IMG/VR virus record: IMGVR_UViG_3300007535_000003 | Span: 1-64,000 of that record | Length of the DNA stretch: 64,000 nucleotides | Origin: a virus | Direction: 5' to 3' (one strand) | Shown: positions 10,083 through 20,363 of the stretch, in pieces | Layout: the number at the start of each line of letters is the position of its first letter | Numbering within the stretch: the first letter of the stretch is position 1 | The notes under the pieces: model-generated | Databases searched by the model: none | What the model was told of the DNA's origin: nothing | Seen by the model: the letters and a program-made list of their open reading frames with translations, nothing else | Translations under genes and position numbers: made by a program

Positions 10083-13000
10083 TTAAATTTCCTTTAATTC
10101 TTTGATTTGTTGTTCTAATCTAACTACTTTAGCTAATAATAAGTCTATATAAGCAACCTGTTTATACCCTTCTTTATTCTCACTAACAAACTCAGGATTG
10201 ATCTTTTCAACCTGTTGAGCTGATACACCATATCTTAGATTATCACTGTCTTTAAAATTAAATGAAAATATATTAATGTCATCAATACTATCCTGGATAG
10301 CATAACAAACATTTTCTTTTAACCTCATATCTGAAGATAGTATAAAATTATTTGCTGTAATATTACTAGATACAGTCAAAGCACCTGTCATAGAAACATT
10401 ACCCAATGTATCTATAGATATGCCTTCAGAATCTCCATCTCCAGATAAATAATTACCATTAAGGTCTATATTCTGCGTAGCAATATGATTTCCGAGATTA
10501 TCACCATCTCCAGTAGCAGTACCACAATCTTCTGATTTAGCTCTAACTATGCCGTCTCCATCTACATATAAGCACCTATTACCTCCTGAAGGATCCGTTA
10601 AATTTCCAAGTTTAAGACCTGAAGATGTAAATTCGTTTACATAGGCTGTATTGGTAGAAGGCGAATCATCTGCATCTAAATTATAATAACTTTTAGTTAT
10701 ACTAGCAAATGCAGTAGTGACAGTTTTTACATATCCGTACCCTTTCCAACTTGAACCATCATTAGATTCATCTAAATATACTTTATAAGATACCGCACCA
10801 GTTACATCTGTCCACGATGATTCTAATTCACCAAAAGTTTCTTCTAAAGAAGGTATATCAAGAGTAGGTGAAGCGGATGAAGCTACTGTTTCACCTAATT
10901 TTGATTTGGCAACTATTTTAACACGATAATAAGAATCATACGTACTACCTGACGAAGTATTATAATTAGGAGATAAACTAACATTTGAAGGTACAGACAT
11001 TTGATTTATACCAACATTAGTACTATTTATATATATAGCATTAGTTGTAATATTGCCATTATCTGTAACATCTTGTAAATCTAAACCACTAGATGTTACA
11101 TACCTACCATCCAAATCCTGAGTAATTGTACCACTATCCTGTCTAGTCAGAGTTAATATACCTGTCGATGTATCAAAAGACATCAAATTTATCTTATCTC
11201 CATAGGCAGTATCCCAATTAGATATATTAAGATTAGATCCTATAACTGTACCTGATGCAGCTATATTTCCTGATACATCTAAGGCTTCTGAGGGGTAGAT
11301 GTTTTGATTAACTCCTGTATAAAAATTGCTTCCTGATCTAACTATTGTTAATGCTGTTTCAGCTATAGTTCCTTCTCTTTGTATATAGAAAGAATGATTG
11401 CTTTTACTTCTATCAAATTGGATGCGATTATCACCATCAAGATTAAAATATAATCTTCCTTGTAATGCAATACTCCCATCCACATCCAACGCCTCCGCCG
11501 CCGCTGTGGTTTTGCCTACTGAGAGATTGCCTGCAAAATAACTATTTTCTCCATCAACTCCTATTCGTACATCTCTAGTGCTGGTTCCATCTCCTTTATA
11601 GAATTCTACTGCTTTGGTTCCTGTAGTATTAGTTAACCTGAAGAATCTCATTGTTGCTGAAGACGCAGATAAATCAGGGAAATCAAAATCAGAGAATGTA
11701 GGATTATCAGACCCTCTTGAAAACTTCAATCCTCGTGGAGAACCTATCATCTTAATAGATCCCATGATATCTAAAAATTCGTCCGCCGCTGTAGTTTTGC
11801 CTATTGAAAGTCTGTCAGAAAAGTAGGAATACCCTGTGCCATCAACTTGTAAAACCCCGTCTGTGATGTTGACGTTGCCTTGTGAAAAATTATGCGTCAA
11901 TGCCCTGTAATTAATTGTTTTCCAGTCAGCAACCCCATCATCATAACTCCCTATGTTAAGGTTTTTGTCCTGATTTGAAAGTGGGGCAAGGTATCCTGAA
12001 CCCCTGTTGATGTAAATACCAGCCGATCTTAATTCTGTATATTCATCTGTCCCTGTAGTTCTAATGTATTTATCCGTACTATTCCCCTGATCAGTCACAT
12101 TTTGCAGGGTAGGAACAGATTCCAAAGGCTGGCCTGACATAGCTCCCAGATAGCCCCATTGTGTATTTGAAATAGTCTCTGTATTAATATTCTCTAACTG
12201 AGTAACCTCTGCATCCGTAAGATTTTGAAGGTTACTGCTCAAGCTCAAATCTGATAATACTTCTGAATAGCTCCTGCCTTCCAACCCATTTGCAGTAAAC
12301 TTAGCATAGTCGTTATCTGCTGCATCCGCGTCATCTATTTGAACTATCTTATTATCGGCTATACCCACATCTACATCGAATGTCCTGTTGGCAGATATAT
12401 CGCCTCCCCCAGTTAATCCTGTGCCTGCTGTTAGGGTTACGCTTGTATGATCTATATGTTCATTTGAAACATAATTGCTAAGAGAGTTATGGTCCACACC
12501 AGCTTCTAATACGCTTGCTGTTATACTATTACCAGCATCATCATATGTAAGATCAATTGAAGTAGTGTCAGTTAATATAGTTCCTACTGCATCTTGGGCT
12601 CTTTCGCCAGTGAAGTACTGATTACTAGCTCCCTCGCTTAAATCGTCAGTTGTTTTACCAGAAAAATCTGTATCAAAATCTGATGAATCATAGGTTGTCC
12701 AGCCTACATCATTTGTATAGTTTGAAAGATTAGGTTCAACCTCAAAATCCACCTCATTGTTTGTATCATCATAGGTAACAGTAATTAAGGTTTGTGTACC
12801 AGTTAGCACATCCCAGGCATAATCCTGTACAGTTTCTTTATAATTTGAAATAACAGTCAAATCGTTTGGAACAGACAATGTTATTTTGTTGTTGGTATTA
12901 TCAGGAGTTATAGTAACATTTCCACCATTAACTAAATCTACATTTCCACCAGCATTTGAAACCCCATCAATACTAACCAAGGCACTTACCTGGGTTGCTG

Positions 13001-14915
13001 TAACTGAGTGTGGATTATTCGTTAAAGCAGAATGGCTCTCCCCAATTGTTAAGGTGTTGCCTATGTCATCATAAGAAAGAGTAATTGCATCAGATGAGGC
13101 TAATAAGTTGTTTACCCTGTCATCCACCCTTTCGTTTGTATAATAAAGATTAGTCCCTTCTGACAAATCCCCTGTATCATAATTACTTAATAGAGTTGAA
13201 TGATAAGGAAGTGTATTGACAAAATCAATCCAACTGTTAGTTGTGTCCCATATACCTATATAGTTATCAGAAGGACTGTCTGGTCTTGTAGCTACAGCTT
13301 GTAAACTGCCAACTTCACCTAATCTCCAAAGATCGGTAGTTTCATCAAAACCCCAGCGATAGTTCGTCAATGTTCCCCTGTCAGCCTCCCAGCCTGCAAA
13401 ACCCGCTGTAATACCTGAACCTGTTTCACCTGAATTAATAATTGCCAGATTATCTTCTATCTCTACAGTCTCCGTATTGGTAATAAATTCAGTACCATTA
13501 ACTGTCAAATCCCCAGAAATAGTAATACTATCATCTATATATTGTCCAGATCTACCAGCTAAAAGAAGATACTGAGAATGATCATCATCCCCTAATCCTG
13601 CTAAATTACCGTGATCAGTGACACCTGATGAAGTAAATCTATCTACAAAGGGACTTTCTACACTATATAATGTAGTAGAGCTTTTCTGTACTATAATTTT
13701 CCCTATCAAAGTACTATAAGCAGAAAGAAGTCCTGGAATATCAGGTGGAGGTGTTGCGGTTTGAGCATCTTTCAGTTGATAATTACCCCTACCATACACA
13801 GTGTGTATAGAGGAATCATGTACTGCATAAACCCAATGCACCCCATACCTATTTGTAGTTAATGCAGCTAAAGTACCTGACCCATCATCATAATTTGTAT
13901 TATCAATTTCTGAGTTACTTAACACTCTTGTATGACCACCAGCACCATCCCTATACCAATAATTAAAAGTATCTGTACCAGAACTATCAAAAGAATCTAC
14001 ACTGAAACGATTAACAAGTTCAGCCCATAACACACCCTCTGTCGTTGATATATAAAGCCCAGAAGGATTGCCTATCATTAACCCTGTAGCACGCTCCACA
14101 GGAAATCGCTCTTCCCCAAAAAGTTGAACACGCCTGTTAAAATTCCAGTTGTTTGTACCACAAAGACGTATTGCAACCTCACCACCATATTTATATACCC
14201 TACCGACTGTAAAATCACGAGTGAAAGATATTGAATAAAAAGAAGTAGTGTGAGTTATTATACCTGCACTACCATCGTAAAAAATATAATTATACGCATT
14301 ATCAGTAGGCGTTAGTGTTGTCGATGACCATGTAACATGACTAAGCTTACTACCTTGTCCTTCATTCAAAGATGTAGGTACAGATTCTAAGGCAGTATCA
14401 TCATTTTTTACAACACCACCGCCTTCTGCTACAGTAACTGTTCCATCACCATTATTAGTGATTTCACCACCCCATAGCCTGCCTGCCATGCTAATATTAT
14501 CTAACCAATTTATACGTTGCCATATAATCAGATTATCCTGATAATTAATAGCATCCCTAGCTGATCCATGTAACCTACGAAGTTGAAATACAGAGAGACC
14601 TATACCAGCTCCAGTAAGTTGGCATACAAAGCCTATCATATCTTGATATGGCGCCTTGAATGAAGCCTGAGGATATTGTTGCCCTTCATTAATGTCGTAC
14701 ACCTCTACCCTATTAGTAGCTGAATCAATGATTGTAACAATTTCATAAAAATAACCTAAATAATCAATCAAGTACAAGTCCGTATTAAGCGTGCCTGCAC
14801 CCTTGTCATTTAGGTTTTTTACTGGGAGATTACACTCGTAGTAGTGATCACCTGTGGATGATAAATTAACTTGTCCTACCCTAGTTTCCCAACTTACGTT
14901 AGGTACGTATGACAT
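10083..14915 (-). CDS. Long tail fibre with C-terminal intramolecular chaperone (peptidase S74)
   Basis: C-terminal ANNFILSSDMRLKEN...YGVSAQQVE...VAYIDLL plus coiled coil; repeated fibre motifs. Confidence 0.85.
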   Translation of the reverse strand: MSYVPNVSWETRVGQVNLSSTGDHYYECNLPVKNLNDKGAGTLNTDLYLIDYLGYFYEIVTIIDSATNRVEVYDINEGQQYPQASFKAPYQDMIGFVCQLTGAGIGLSVFQLRRLHGSARDAINYQDNLIIWQRINWLDNISMAGRLWGGEITNNGDGTVTVAEGGGVVKNDDTALESVPTSLNEGQGSKLSHVTWSSTTLTPTDNAYNYIFYDGSAGIITHTTSFYSISFTRDFTVGRVYKYGGEVAIRLCGTNNWNFNRRVQLFGEERFPVERATGLMIGNPSGLYISTTEGVLWAELVNRFSVDSFDSSGTDTFNYWYRDGAGGHTRVLSNSEIDNTNYDDGSGTLAALTTNRYGVHWVYAVHDSSIHTVYGRGNYQLKDAQTATPPPDIPGLLSAYSTLIGKIIVQKSSTTLYSVESPFVDRFTSSGVTDHGNLAGLGDDDHSQYLLLAGRSGQYIDDSITISGDLTVNGTEFITNTETVEIEDNLAIINSGETGSGITAGFAGWEADRGTLTNYRWGFDETTDLWRLGEVGSLQAVATRPDSPSDNYIGIWDTTNSWIDFVNTLPYHSTLLSNYDTGDLSEGTNLYYTNERVDDRVNNLLASSDAITLSYDDIGNTLTIGESHSALTNNPHSVTATQVSALVSIDGVSNAGGNVDLVNGGNVTITPDNTNNKITLSVPNDLTVISNYKETVQDYAWDVLTGTQTLITVTYDDTNNEVDFEVEPNLSNYTNDVGWTTYDSSDFDTDFSGKTTDDLSEGASNQYFTGERAQDAVGTILTDTTSIDLTYDDAGNSITASVLEAGVDHNSLSNYVSNEHIDHTSVTLTAGTGLTGGGDISANRTFDVDVGIADNKIVQIDDADAADNDYAKFTANGLEGRSYSEVLSDLSLSSNLQNLTDAEVTQLENINTETISNTQWGYLGAMSGQPLESVPTLQNVTDQGNSTDKYIRTTGTDEYTELRSAGIYINRGSGYLAPLSNQDKNLNIGSYDDGVADWKTINYRALTHNFSQGNVNITDGVLQVDGTGYSYFSDRLSIGKTTAADEFLDIMGSIKMIGSPRGLKFSRGSDNPTFSDFDFPDLSASSATMRFFRLTNTTGTKAVEFYKGDGTSTRDVRIGVDGENSYFAGNLSVGKTTAAAEALDVDGSIALQGRLYFNLDGDNRIQFDRSKSNHSFYIQREGTIAETALTIVRSGSNFYTGVNQNIYPSEALDVSGNIAASGTVIGSNLNISNWDTAYGDKINLMSFDTSTGILTLTRQDSGTITQDLDGRYVTSSGLDLQDVTDNGNITTNAIYINSTNVGINQMSVPSNVSLSPNYNTSSGSTYDSYYRVKIVAKSKLGETVASSASPTLDIPSLEETFGELESSWTDVTGAVSYKVYLDESNDGSSWKGYGYVKTVTTAFASITKSYYNLDADDSPSTNTAYVNEFTSSGLKLGNLTDPSGGNRCLYVDGDGIVRAKSEDCGTATGDGDNLGNHIATQNIDLNGNYLSGDGDSEGISIDTLGNVSMTGALTVSSNITANNFILSSDMRLKENVCYAIQDSIDDINIFSFNFKDSDNLRYGVSAQQVEKINPEFVSENKEGYKQVAYIDLLLAKVVRLEQQIKELKEI

Positions 14916-14916
14916 A

Positions 14917-16434
14917 TTAAGCGAATGTTAAATGTATCTTTATTAAGTAATTTTCTGTAGTTAATGATGCTAATTCTACTTTACCATTGGTAGTGTCATT
15001 AGCTAGTTTAGTATATGCTGCGTCACCAACAAAACTTACATATGTATCAGGACTACTACCAGCTTTATACATAATCCTAGCATCGAATACAGGCCTATAA
15101 TTCCCATTAGAGTCAGTAACATTATGGTTTATAATTAAATCATCTGGATCATTTTGTGTTACTCCCCCGCTAGAACCATCAGTTAAAGTCCAACCATCTG
15201 GTTTAACTGGAGTTAAAGAAAGCCTACCAGAGACAGTAGTAGCTGCATCTAATTCTATTTCAAATACTTGACCAGCAGCTGTCTCATCTTGTGTATATGG
15301 TACACCTGATAGATTTAAGTCCCAACTAGAATGACTTGTAGAACCTGTTATATGGGTTATAGTGAGATCTATAGTAGTATTACCAGCATAACTTGCTACT
15401 TCAGCATAAAATTTAGCTGTATTAGAATTGGCTACTGTTAGTACCTGACCTACTGTATAACTCATACCACTATCAGCAATGTTCATAGTAAACGTACTAC
15501 CAACTGATTTAGCTGATAGATCTATAGTATCTGTACTTGTTGTAGTATATAATGCCCCGGTTAGTGTACTTATTTGAGACCAAGTAGTAGTACCAGAAGC
15601 CTTATAATGTACACTATTATCATCAGTATTTATATAGTAAGTATCATATGTTTGGCTAGTAGTATTTGTAGGAGCCCCAGACCCATAAGTCCATTGATCC
15701 CCGTCTATGCCATCACTACCATCAGCTCCTGCAGCTCCATCTTCAACTACAGTCTGCCAAGCAGCCCCATCATATACATATGATTTATTATCTGTAGTGT
15801 TGTAATAAGCATCATTCTCTGAAGGACTTAAAGGATGACTAGATGCATCTGCAAGCCAATTAAGTGATATACCTTGAGGCCCTGTATCTCCAGTATCACC
15901 TGTAGCTCCTTTGATATTACCTATAGTGGACCAAGACCCGGAAGATTTTTTATATAAATCGTATGTATCAGTATCTATATATAGATCCCCATCATTACCC
16001 CCTGTAGGAGCCCCAGAACCTGTGGTTATAGTAGCACCATCAGTACCGTCAGTACCATCAGCACCATTGTATACAGGAAAGGTATCTGTAGAACTATCAG
16101 AATAAGTAATAGTATATGTATCAGTAGTACCTGCACTACCATCGCCAGATGTCTTGCTAACATCTGTTATACTTACACCCTGAGCTCCTGTGTCGCCTTT
16201 AAGACCAGTGTCGCCTTTGTCACCCCTGTCACCTTCAGGCCCTTGTGGTCCTTCAGGACCTATGGGACCAGAAGTAGTACCAGTAGGGGAATAATAAACA
16301 ATGTCCCACTCATAAGAGGAGACATAATTAGATTCATACTGTACAGCTTGATTTATATCATCTATATCTATGTTACTCGTAGGAACGCCATAATTATAAT
16401 TAGGCTCTGTAGTACTAACTACTATAACACTCAT
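14917..16434 (-). CDS. Collagen-like tail fibre protein
   Basis: Gly-X-Y runs (GPIGPEGPQGPEGDRGDKGDTG) and GSGAP..G..GDLYID motifs. Confidence 0.8.
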   Translation of the reverse strand: MSVIVVSTTEPNYNYGVPTSNIDIDDINQAVQYESNYVSSYEWDIVYYSPTGTTSGPIGPEGPQGPEGDRGDKGDTGLKGDTGAQGVSITDVSKTSGDGSAGTTDTYTITYSDSSTDTFPVYNGADGTDGTDGATITTGSGAPTGGNDGDLYIDTDTYDLYKKSSGSWSTIGNIKGATGDTGDTGPQGISLNWLADASSHPLSPSENDAYYNTTDNKSYVYDGAAWQTVVEDGAAGADGSDGIDGDQWTYGSGAPTNTTSQTYDTYYINTDDNSVHYKASGTTTWSQISTLTGALYTTTSTDTIDLSAKSVGSTFTMNIADSGMSYTVGQVLTVANSNTAKFYAEVASYAGNTTIDLTITHITGSTSHSSWDLNLSGVPYTQDETAAGQVFEIELDAATTVSGRLSLTPVKPDGWTLTDGSSGGVTQNDPDDLIINHNVTDSNGNYRPVFDARIMYKAGSSPDTYVSFVGDAAYTKLANDTTNGKVELASLTTENYLIKIHLTFA

Positions 16435-16951
16435 TTATATAAGGATTTTTGCATAAATTCTGTAATGACAGTAATATGCGTTTGATTTCAGTTATTTGTC
16501 CTGCAGCTGCTGAATACTCCATAGACTTAAGGTAAGTGAACATAAATATAGCACGTTGTACGTAGCTATTACTGCATACATTACAGTTATGAACATCAGG
16601 TACTAACCTCAGTATATTATAAGTACACAACCTCACATTATAGTCTAACAGTGTATTATATGTTACTTTATCTTCATTAGTCGCATTGTATTCTACTTTG
16701 TATACACCGTCCATAAATTTATCACCAGACTGCCCTACATCACTAGGTTTAACATCTATATAATCACCTATACTCCAATCTCCACTGCTATCTACGTCGG
16801 TACTATCTGCTGAAAGATCCAAACTGTAAGCAGTATCATCCCAAGTTACTGACAGACTAGCCCCAGTTAAATTAGTATCAGCATCAGAAGCTTCTGTAAT
16901 TCTAAAGGTCTCCCCGTTATCTATTTGTTCAAATGTTAATTTTAACGCCAT
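16415..16951 (-). CDS. Tail hub-like structural protein (putative)
   Basis: DGVYKVEY plus Cys-rich C-terminus; precedes the fibre genes. Confidence 0.45.
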   Translation of the reverse strand: MALKLTFEQIDNGETFRITEASDADTNLTGASLSVTWDDTAYSLDLSADSTDVDSSGDWSIGDYIDVKPSDVGQSGDKFMDGVYKVEYNATNEDKVTYNTLLDYNVRLCTYNILRLVPDVHNCNVCSNSYVQRAIFMFTYLKSMEYSAAAGQITEIKRILLSLQNLCKNPYINECYSS

Positions 16952-17586
16952 TATTTTTTAGGTTTCTTAGTTAAATCCATAATAATATCTTCTATAGAGT
17001 TTATATCGTGTTTAAATGCTTGTTGTCTAACCTCTTCAGATTTTAAAGTTAGTTCATTTGAGATAAGATAAGAAATTTTCGCATCAAAGTCACATTCAAA
17101 ACCCATGTGCTCTAAATTATTATTCTCCCTCCACTCTTTATCTACATATAAAAATGTCCAATCACATATACTCCTAGTATGAGTTGGATCACCGTATGCT
17201 CTTATAGAAGAATAATATGGAGAAACTATCTTAATTTTTCCATCCGGTTTTAATATCCTATATACTTCATTGAAAAATTTTATAAGACCATCCATTGGAT
17301 ACAAAAACTCTTCCTTATTTACCTTCTCCTTAAATTCTTCAAAACTATTAGACTCATTAACTATCTTTTGCAAATCTGTTGCTACATTAGTATGCGGTAT
17401 ATGTTCTATGTAGTGTCCACAATATATCTCTTCAGCACTATCCGATTCTATCGGCCAAGGAAACTTTTGCAAATTTACTACATAATCAGCAGAATCTGTA
17501 TTACTTATATCTATACCTACAAACCCTTCCTTTTTATTATTACCACACGCAAGATCTAATTTTGGTTCGTTTATTAATTTCTCCAT
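16951..17586 (-). CDS. Class I SAM-dependent methyltransferase
   Basis: KLDLACG motif I; HYIEHI; EVYRILKPDG; DPTH. Confidence 0.85.
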   Translation of the reverse strand: MEKLINEPKLDLACGNNKKEGFVGIDISNTDSADYVVNLQKFPWPIESDSAEEIYCGHYIEHIPHTNVATDLQKIVNESNSFEEFKEKVNKEEFLYPMDGLIKFFNEVYRILKPDGKIKIVSPYYSSIRAYGDPTHTRSICDWTFLYVDKEWRENNNLEHMGFECDFDAKISYLISNELTLKSEEVRQQAFKHDINSIEDIIMDLTKKPKK

Positions 17587-17608
17587 CCTATAATTTTTTA
17601 ATATACTC

Positions 17609-18106
17609 TTATTGTAAATACTCAGTTATACTTTCTATAAATGCTTCATACCAACCCAATTTAGTATTGCAAGACCCACATAAAAGTCCTCGCACTTCTC
17701 CTGTGTTATGGTCATGATCTACATGTGGTTGTTTTTTCAATTCGTTAAAATCTTTATTACAAATTAAACATTTATTATTTTGAACATTTTTCATTTCCTC
17801 AAAAGCATCTATAGACAACCCATAATTTACTTTTAATGCATAAGTTCTCTGTTTTTCTTTATATTCTTTGCTATCTTTTTTATTCTCATAAGACTTCTTA
17901 GCATTTGCCTTAACTTTTTCAGGATTATTTTTAACCCATTCCCTCATATATTCTCTACGCTTCTTTCTTTGACTTTCAGTTTTAGCCCATTCTCTTTTTC
18001 TTTTTCTATAAGCCTCCACATCTTTAAGTCTATATCTATCATATTTTGTTAAGCCATTTTCATCCCTTTTTTCCACTCTAGTAAACCTCATCGTTCCTTT
18101 GATCAT
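17609..18106 (-). CDS. Free-standing endonuclease VII-type HNH (homing) endonuclease
   Basis: CLIC...HVDHDHNTGEVRGLLCGSCNTKLG. Confidence 0.9.
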   Translation of the reverse strand: MIKGTMRFTRVEKRDENGLTKYDRYRLKDVEAYRKRKREWAKTESQRKKRREYMREWVKNNPEKVKANAKKSYENKKDSKEYKEKQRTYALKVNYGLSIDAFEEMKNVQNNKCLICNKDFNELKKQPHVDHDHNTGEVRGLLCGSCNTKLGWYEAFIESITEYLQ

Positions 18107-18800
18107 AATGACCTACTAATATAGAAGTGTCACAGGCAAACTTATACCCTTCTTTTGCAGCCTTCTTATAAAAGTAGAGATCTTGTGTATTAGATATATC
18201 TCTACCTTCTTCATCTTTACCCTGCAAAGTTTTAAACCAAGGTTTAGGTATATGTCTGAACATATCTAGTTTAAATAAGTTGAATCCCATACCAAGACCG
18301 TTAACTTGCTGTACTGTTCCTGGCTCTGGTTTAGCAGGCTTAAAGTCTTTTGGGTTTTTAGTATCCCCAAAGATCATAGGAAATCCCTTGTCACCTTTAG
18401 CCCAGTACAAACCACTGACAACATCATAATCATCCATAGATTCATATAACTTAATTAAACCATCAGAAGGTGGTAAATTATCCTCTTCTATAGTTAAAAC
18501 ATACTTAAACTTACTTAGATACTCATTATCTAATATATAGCCTATTAAAGTTTCATAAGCTTCATCCACTCTCATAGACTCTGCAAAAATAGGACCAGCT
18601 ACTGTTTGATTGGTAGGTTTCATTAATTTCATCCAAGATTGGACTACCCTAGTAGGAAAAGTTCCCCTAGTAGGACAGATTATAATAGTTGAATTATCTT
18701 TATACATTTTAGACTTTTCAACTCGCTTTACTGCTTTATCTAAATCTTCATTATTCTTACCTACACTGTCGCCTATTACTATACGTGGTTCGTGTTCCAT
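18078..18800 (-). CDS. GT-A fold (GT2-like) glycosyltransferase
   Basis: IIICPTRG, LTIEEDN, DVVSGLY, GMGFNLF, QDLYFY..A...GY....DTSILVGH. Confidence 0.75.
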   Translation of the reverse strand: MEHEPRIVIGDSVGKNNEDLDKAVKRVEKSKMYKDNSTIIICPTRGTFPTRVVQSWMKLMKPTNQTVAGPIFAESMRVDEAYETLIGYILDNEYLSKFKYVLTIEEDNLPPSDGLIKLYESMDDYDVVSGLYWAKGDKGFPMIFGDTKNPKDFKPAKPEPGTVQQVNGLGMGFNLFKLDMFRHIPKPWFKTLQGKDEEGRDISNTQDLYFYKKAAKEGYKFACDTSILVGHYDQRNDEVY

Positions 18801-18870
18801 ACATTAATATTTGATTATAAAGAGTAGGGGCACCTTTTACAGTACCCCACCCTAAAATTTTAAAAAACTA

Positions 18871-19299
18871 TTACGCAGTATCTCTTTCAGCACAGTAGAT
18901 ATAATCTACATATACATCAGAATCTGCCTCTATGCCTGTTCTAGCACTATCGCTGGAAGCAATATGAATCTCTAGATCACCGCCTGAAACAACAAATACG
19001 CCGTCTGTATCAGCCAGACCTATTTGGCCTACGGCTGTCTCTGCTACGACGTTAGACATTATAACGTTACTAGTGCCTAAAGCTTGCCCCCCAACTTTAG
19101 CATTGACAGTACCGTTCTTCATATTAGACATGTTAGTCAATGCGCCTGCTGGATAGAGTCTTATACCAGATACAATAGCTCCCTTTGGAATACTTACACC
19201 TGCACTTGCACTAAGTGTAGAAGCAGTATTATCACTAGTATTATCTGGAAAAACCCAATTTCCAAAGGCTACTCGTCTTATATTAAATGGATTAGCCAT
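18871..19299 (-). CDS. Head decoration/fibre protein (putative)
   Basis: SIPKGAIVSG beta-sandwich motif; downstream of the auxiliary capsid gene. Confidence 0.45.
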   Translation of the reverse strand: MANPFNIRRVAFGNWVFPDNTSDNTASTLSASAGVSIPKGAIVSGIRLYPAGALTNMSNMKNGTVNAKVGGQALGTSNVIMSNVVAETAVGQIGLADTDGVFVVSGGDLEIHIASSDSARTGIEADSDVYVDYIYCAERDTA

Positions 19300-19320
19300 A
19301 ATTATTATCTCTTTTTATTA

Positions 19321-20343
19321 TTAAACACTAACGTTATCAAAAGCCCTAGGTAGCGATGCCATCCAAGGATTCAACACATTCAACACTGCATCATGCCCAG
19401 ATGAAGGAGCTGTATCAGTTTGTCCTGCACCGTCAGGAATGTAAATCTCAGTAGTAAGTGACATTTCTTCTTTAAAGTCCATTGCAGTAGAAACATAAGA
19501 ATTATCATGTTCAATTACAATAGCGTCATACCACTTATCCATATTTACATTCAAATCAGGTTTATTAACAGGGAATTTCCACTGGTTAGTAATACCTTCA
19601 TAACCTTGAGCGTATTTCTCTTTATCTCGTACTAATTTAGGATTACCTACTCCTGGATGTGGATTGCTATTAACAGTAACCTCTACATCGTCAAAATTAT
19701 CTGAACTAAGGAATGCATAGAACTGCACCTGCCTATACTCATCAATAGCATCAGCACCGTCAGCAGATACATCTTTAGCTACAATAACCAGATCATCACC
19801 ACTATTACTAGCAGTAACTAACGAAGGCTTATAATTATTGATTACTTTTACAAATGCATCAGTAAGATCCCCAGTTCCAGTACCATCAGCAGTTACCCTG
19901 TAGTCCTGTACAAATTGTCCAGGATGTTCAGATACACTACTAAATACGAGACGGATTACATACTCTTCACCATCGGTAACAGTAAAACCAGATGCATCAT
20001 TAATATCTATAGTTACTTGCTTCTCTGTAGCAGAACTATCTGCATCCAATCCTTTGTAATTCTTAACGCCTTTACCTTCAATAGGATTAGACCAAATTAT
20101 CTTACGTATGCCAGTTACTGCGCTACCACTAGGATCTGTATAATCATACGTCTCGCTAGATCCCATACCGATATAAATCACACCTGAATCAGATATTGTA
20201 GAACCTGAAGCAAGTAACTGTTTATTCTTATCAGCTACAAATACTTCACCTTCCTCAAGATTCCGACTAGCAGTAGGATCTATAACGAGATCGGTTGTAC
20301 GAGCAATATCCGTACCAACTAGTACGTTGTTAACTCTTTTCAT
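19321..20343 (-). CDS. Auxiliary capsid protein (crAss-like)
   Basis: MKRVNNVLVG...PGVGNPKLVRDKEKYAQGYEG; synteny after MCP. Confidence 0.6.
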   Translation of the reverse strand: MKRVNNVLVGTDIARTTDLVIDPTASRNLEEGEVFVADKNKQLLASGSTISDSGVIYIGMGSSETYDYTDPSGSAVTGIRKIIWSNPIEGKGVKNYKGLDADSSATEKQVTIDINDASGFTVTDGEEYVIRLVFSSVSEHPGQFVQDYRVTADGTGTGDLTDAFVKVINNYKPSLVTASNSGDDLVIVAKDVSADGADAIDEYRQVQFYAFLSSDNFDDVEVTVNSNPHPGVGNPKLVRDKEKYAQGYEGITNQWKFPVNKPDLNVNMDKWYDAIVIEHDNSYVSTAMDFKEEMSLTTEIYIPDGAGQTDTAPSSGHDAVLNVLNPWMASLPRAFDNVSV

Positions 20344-20363
20344 ATTAAATTAATATTTTAATG

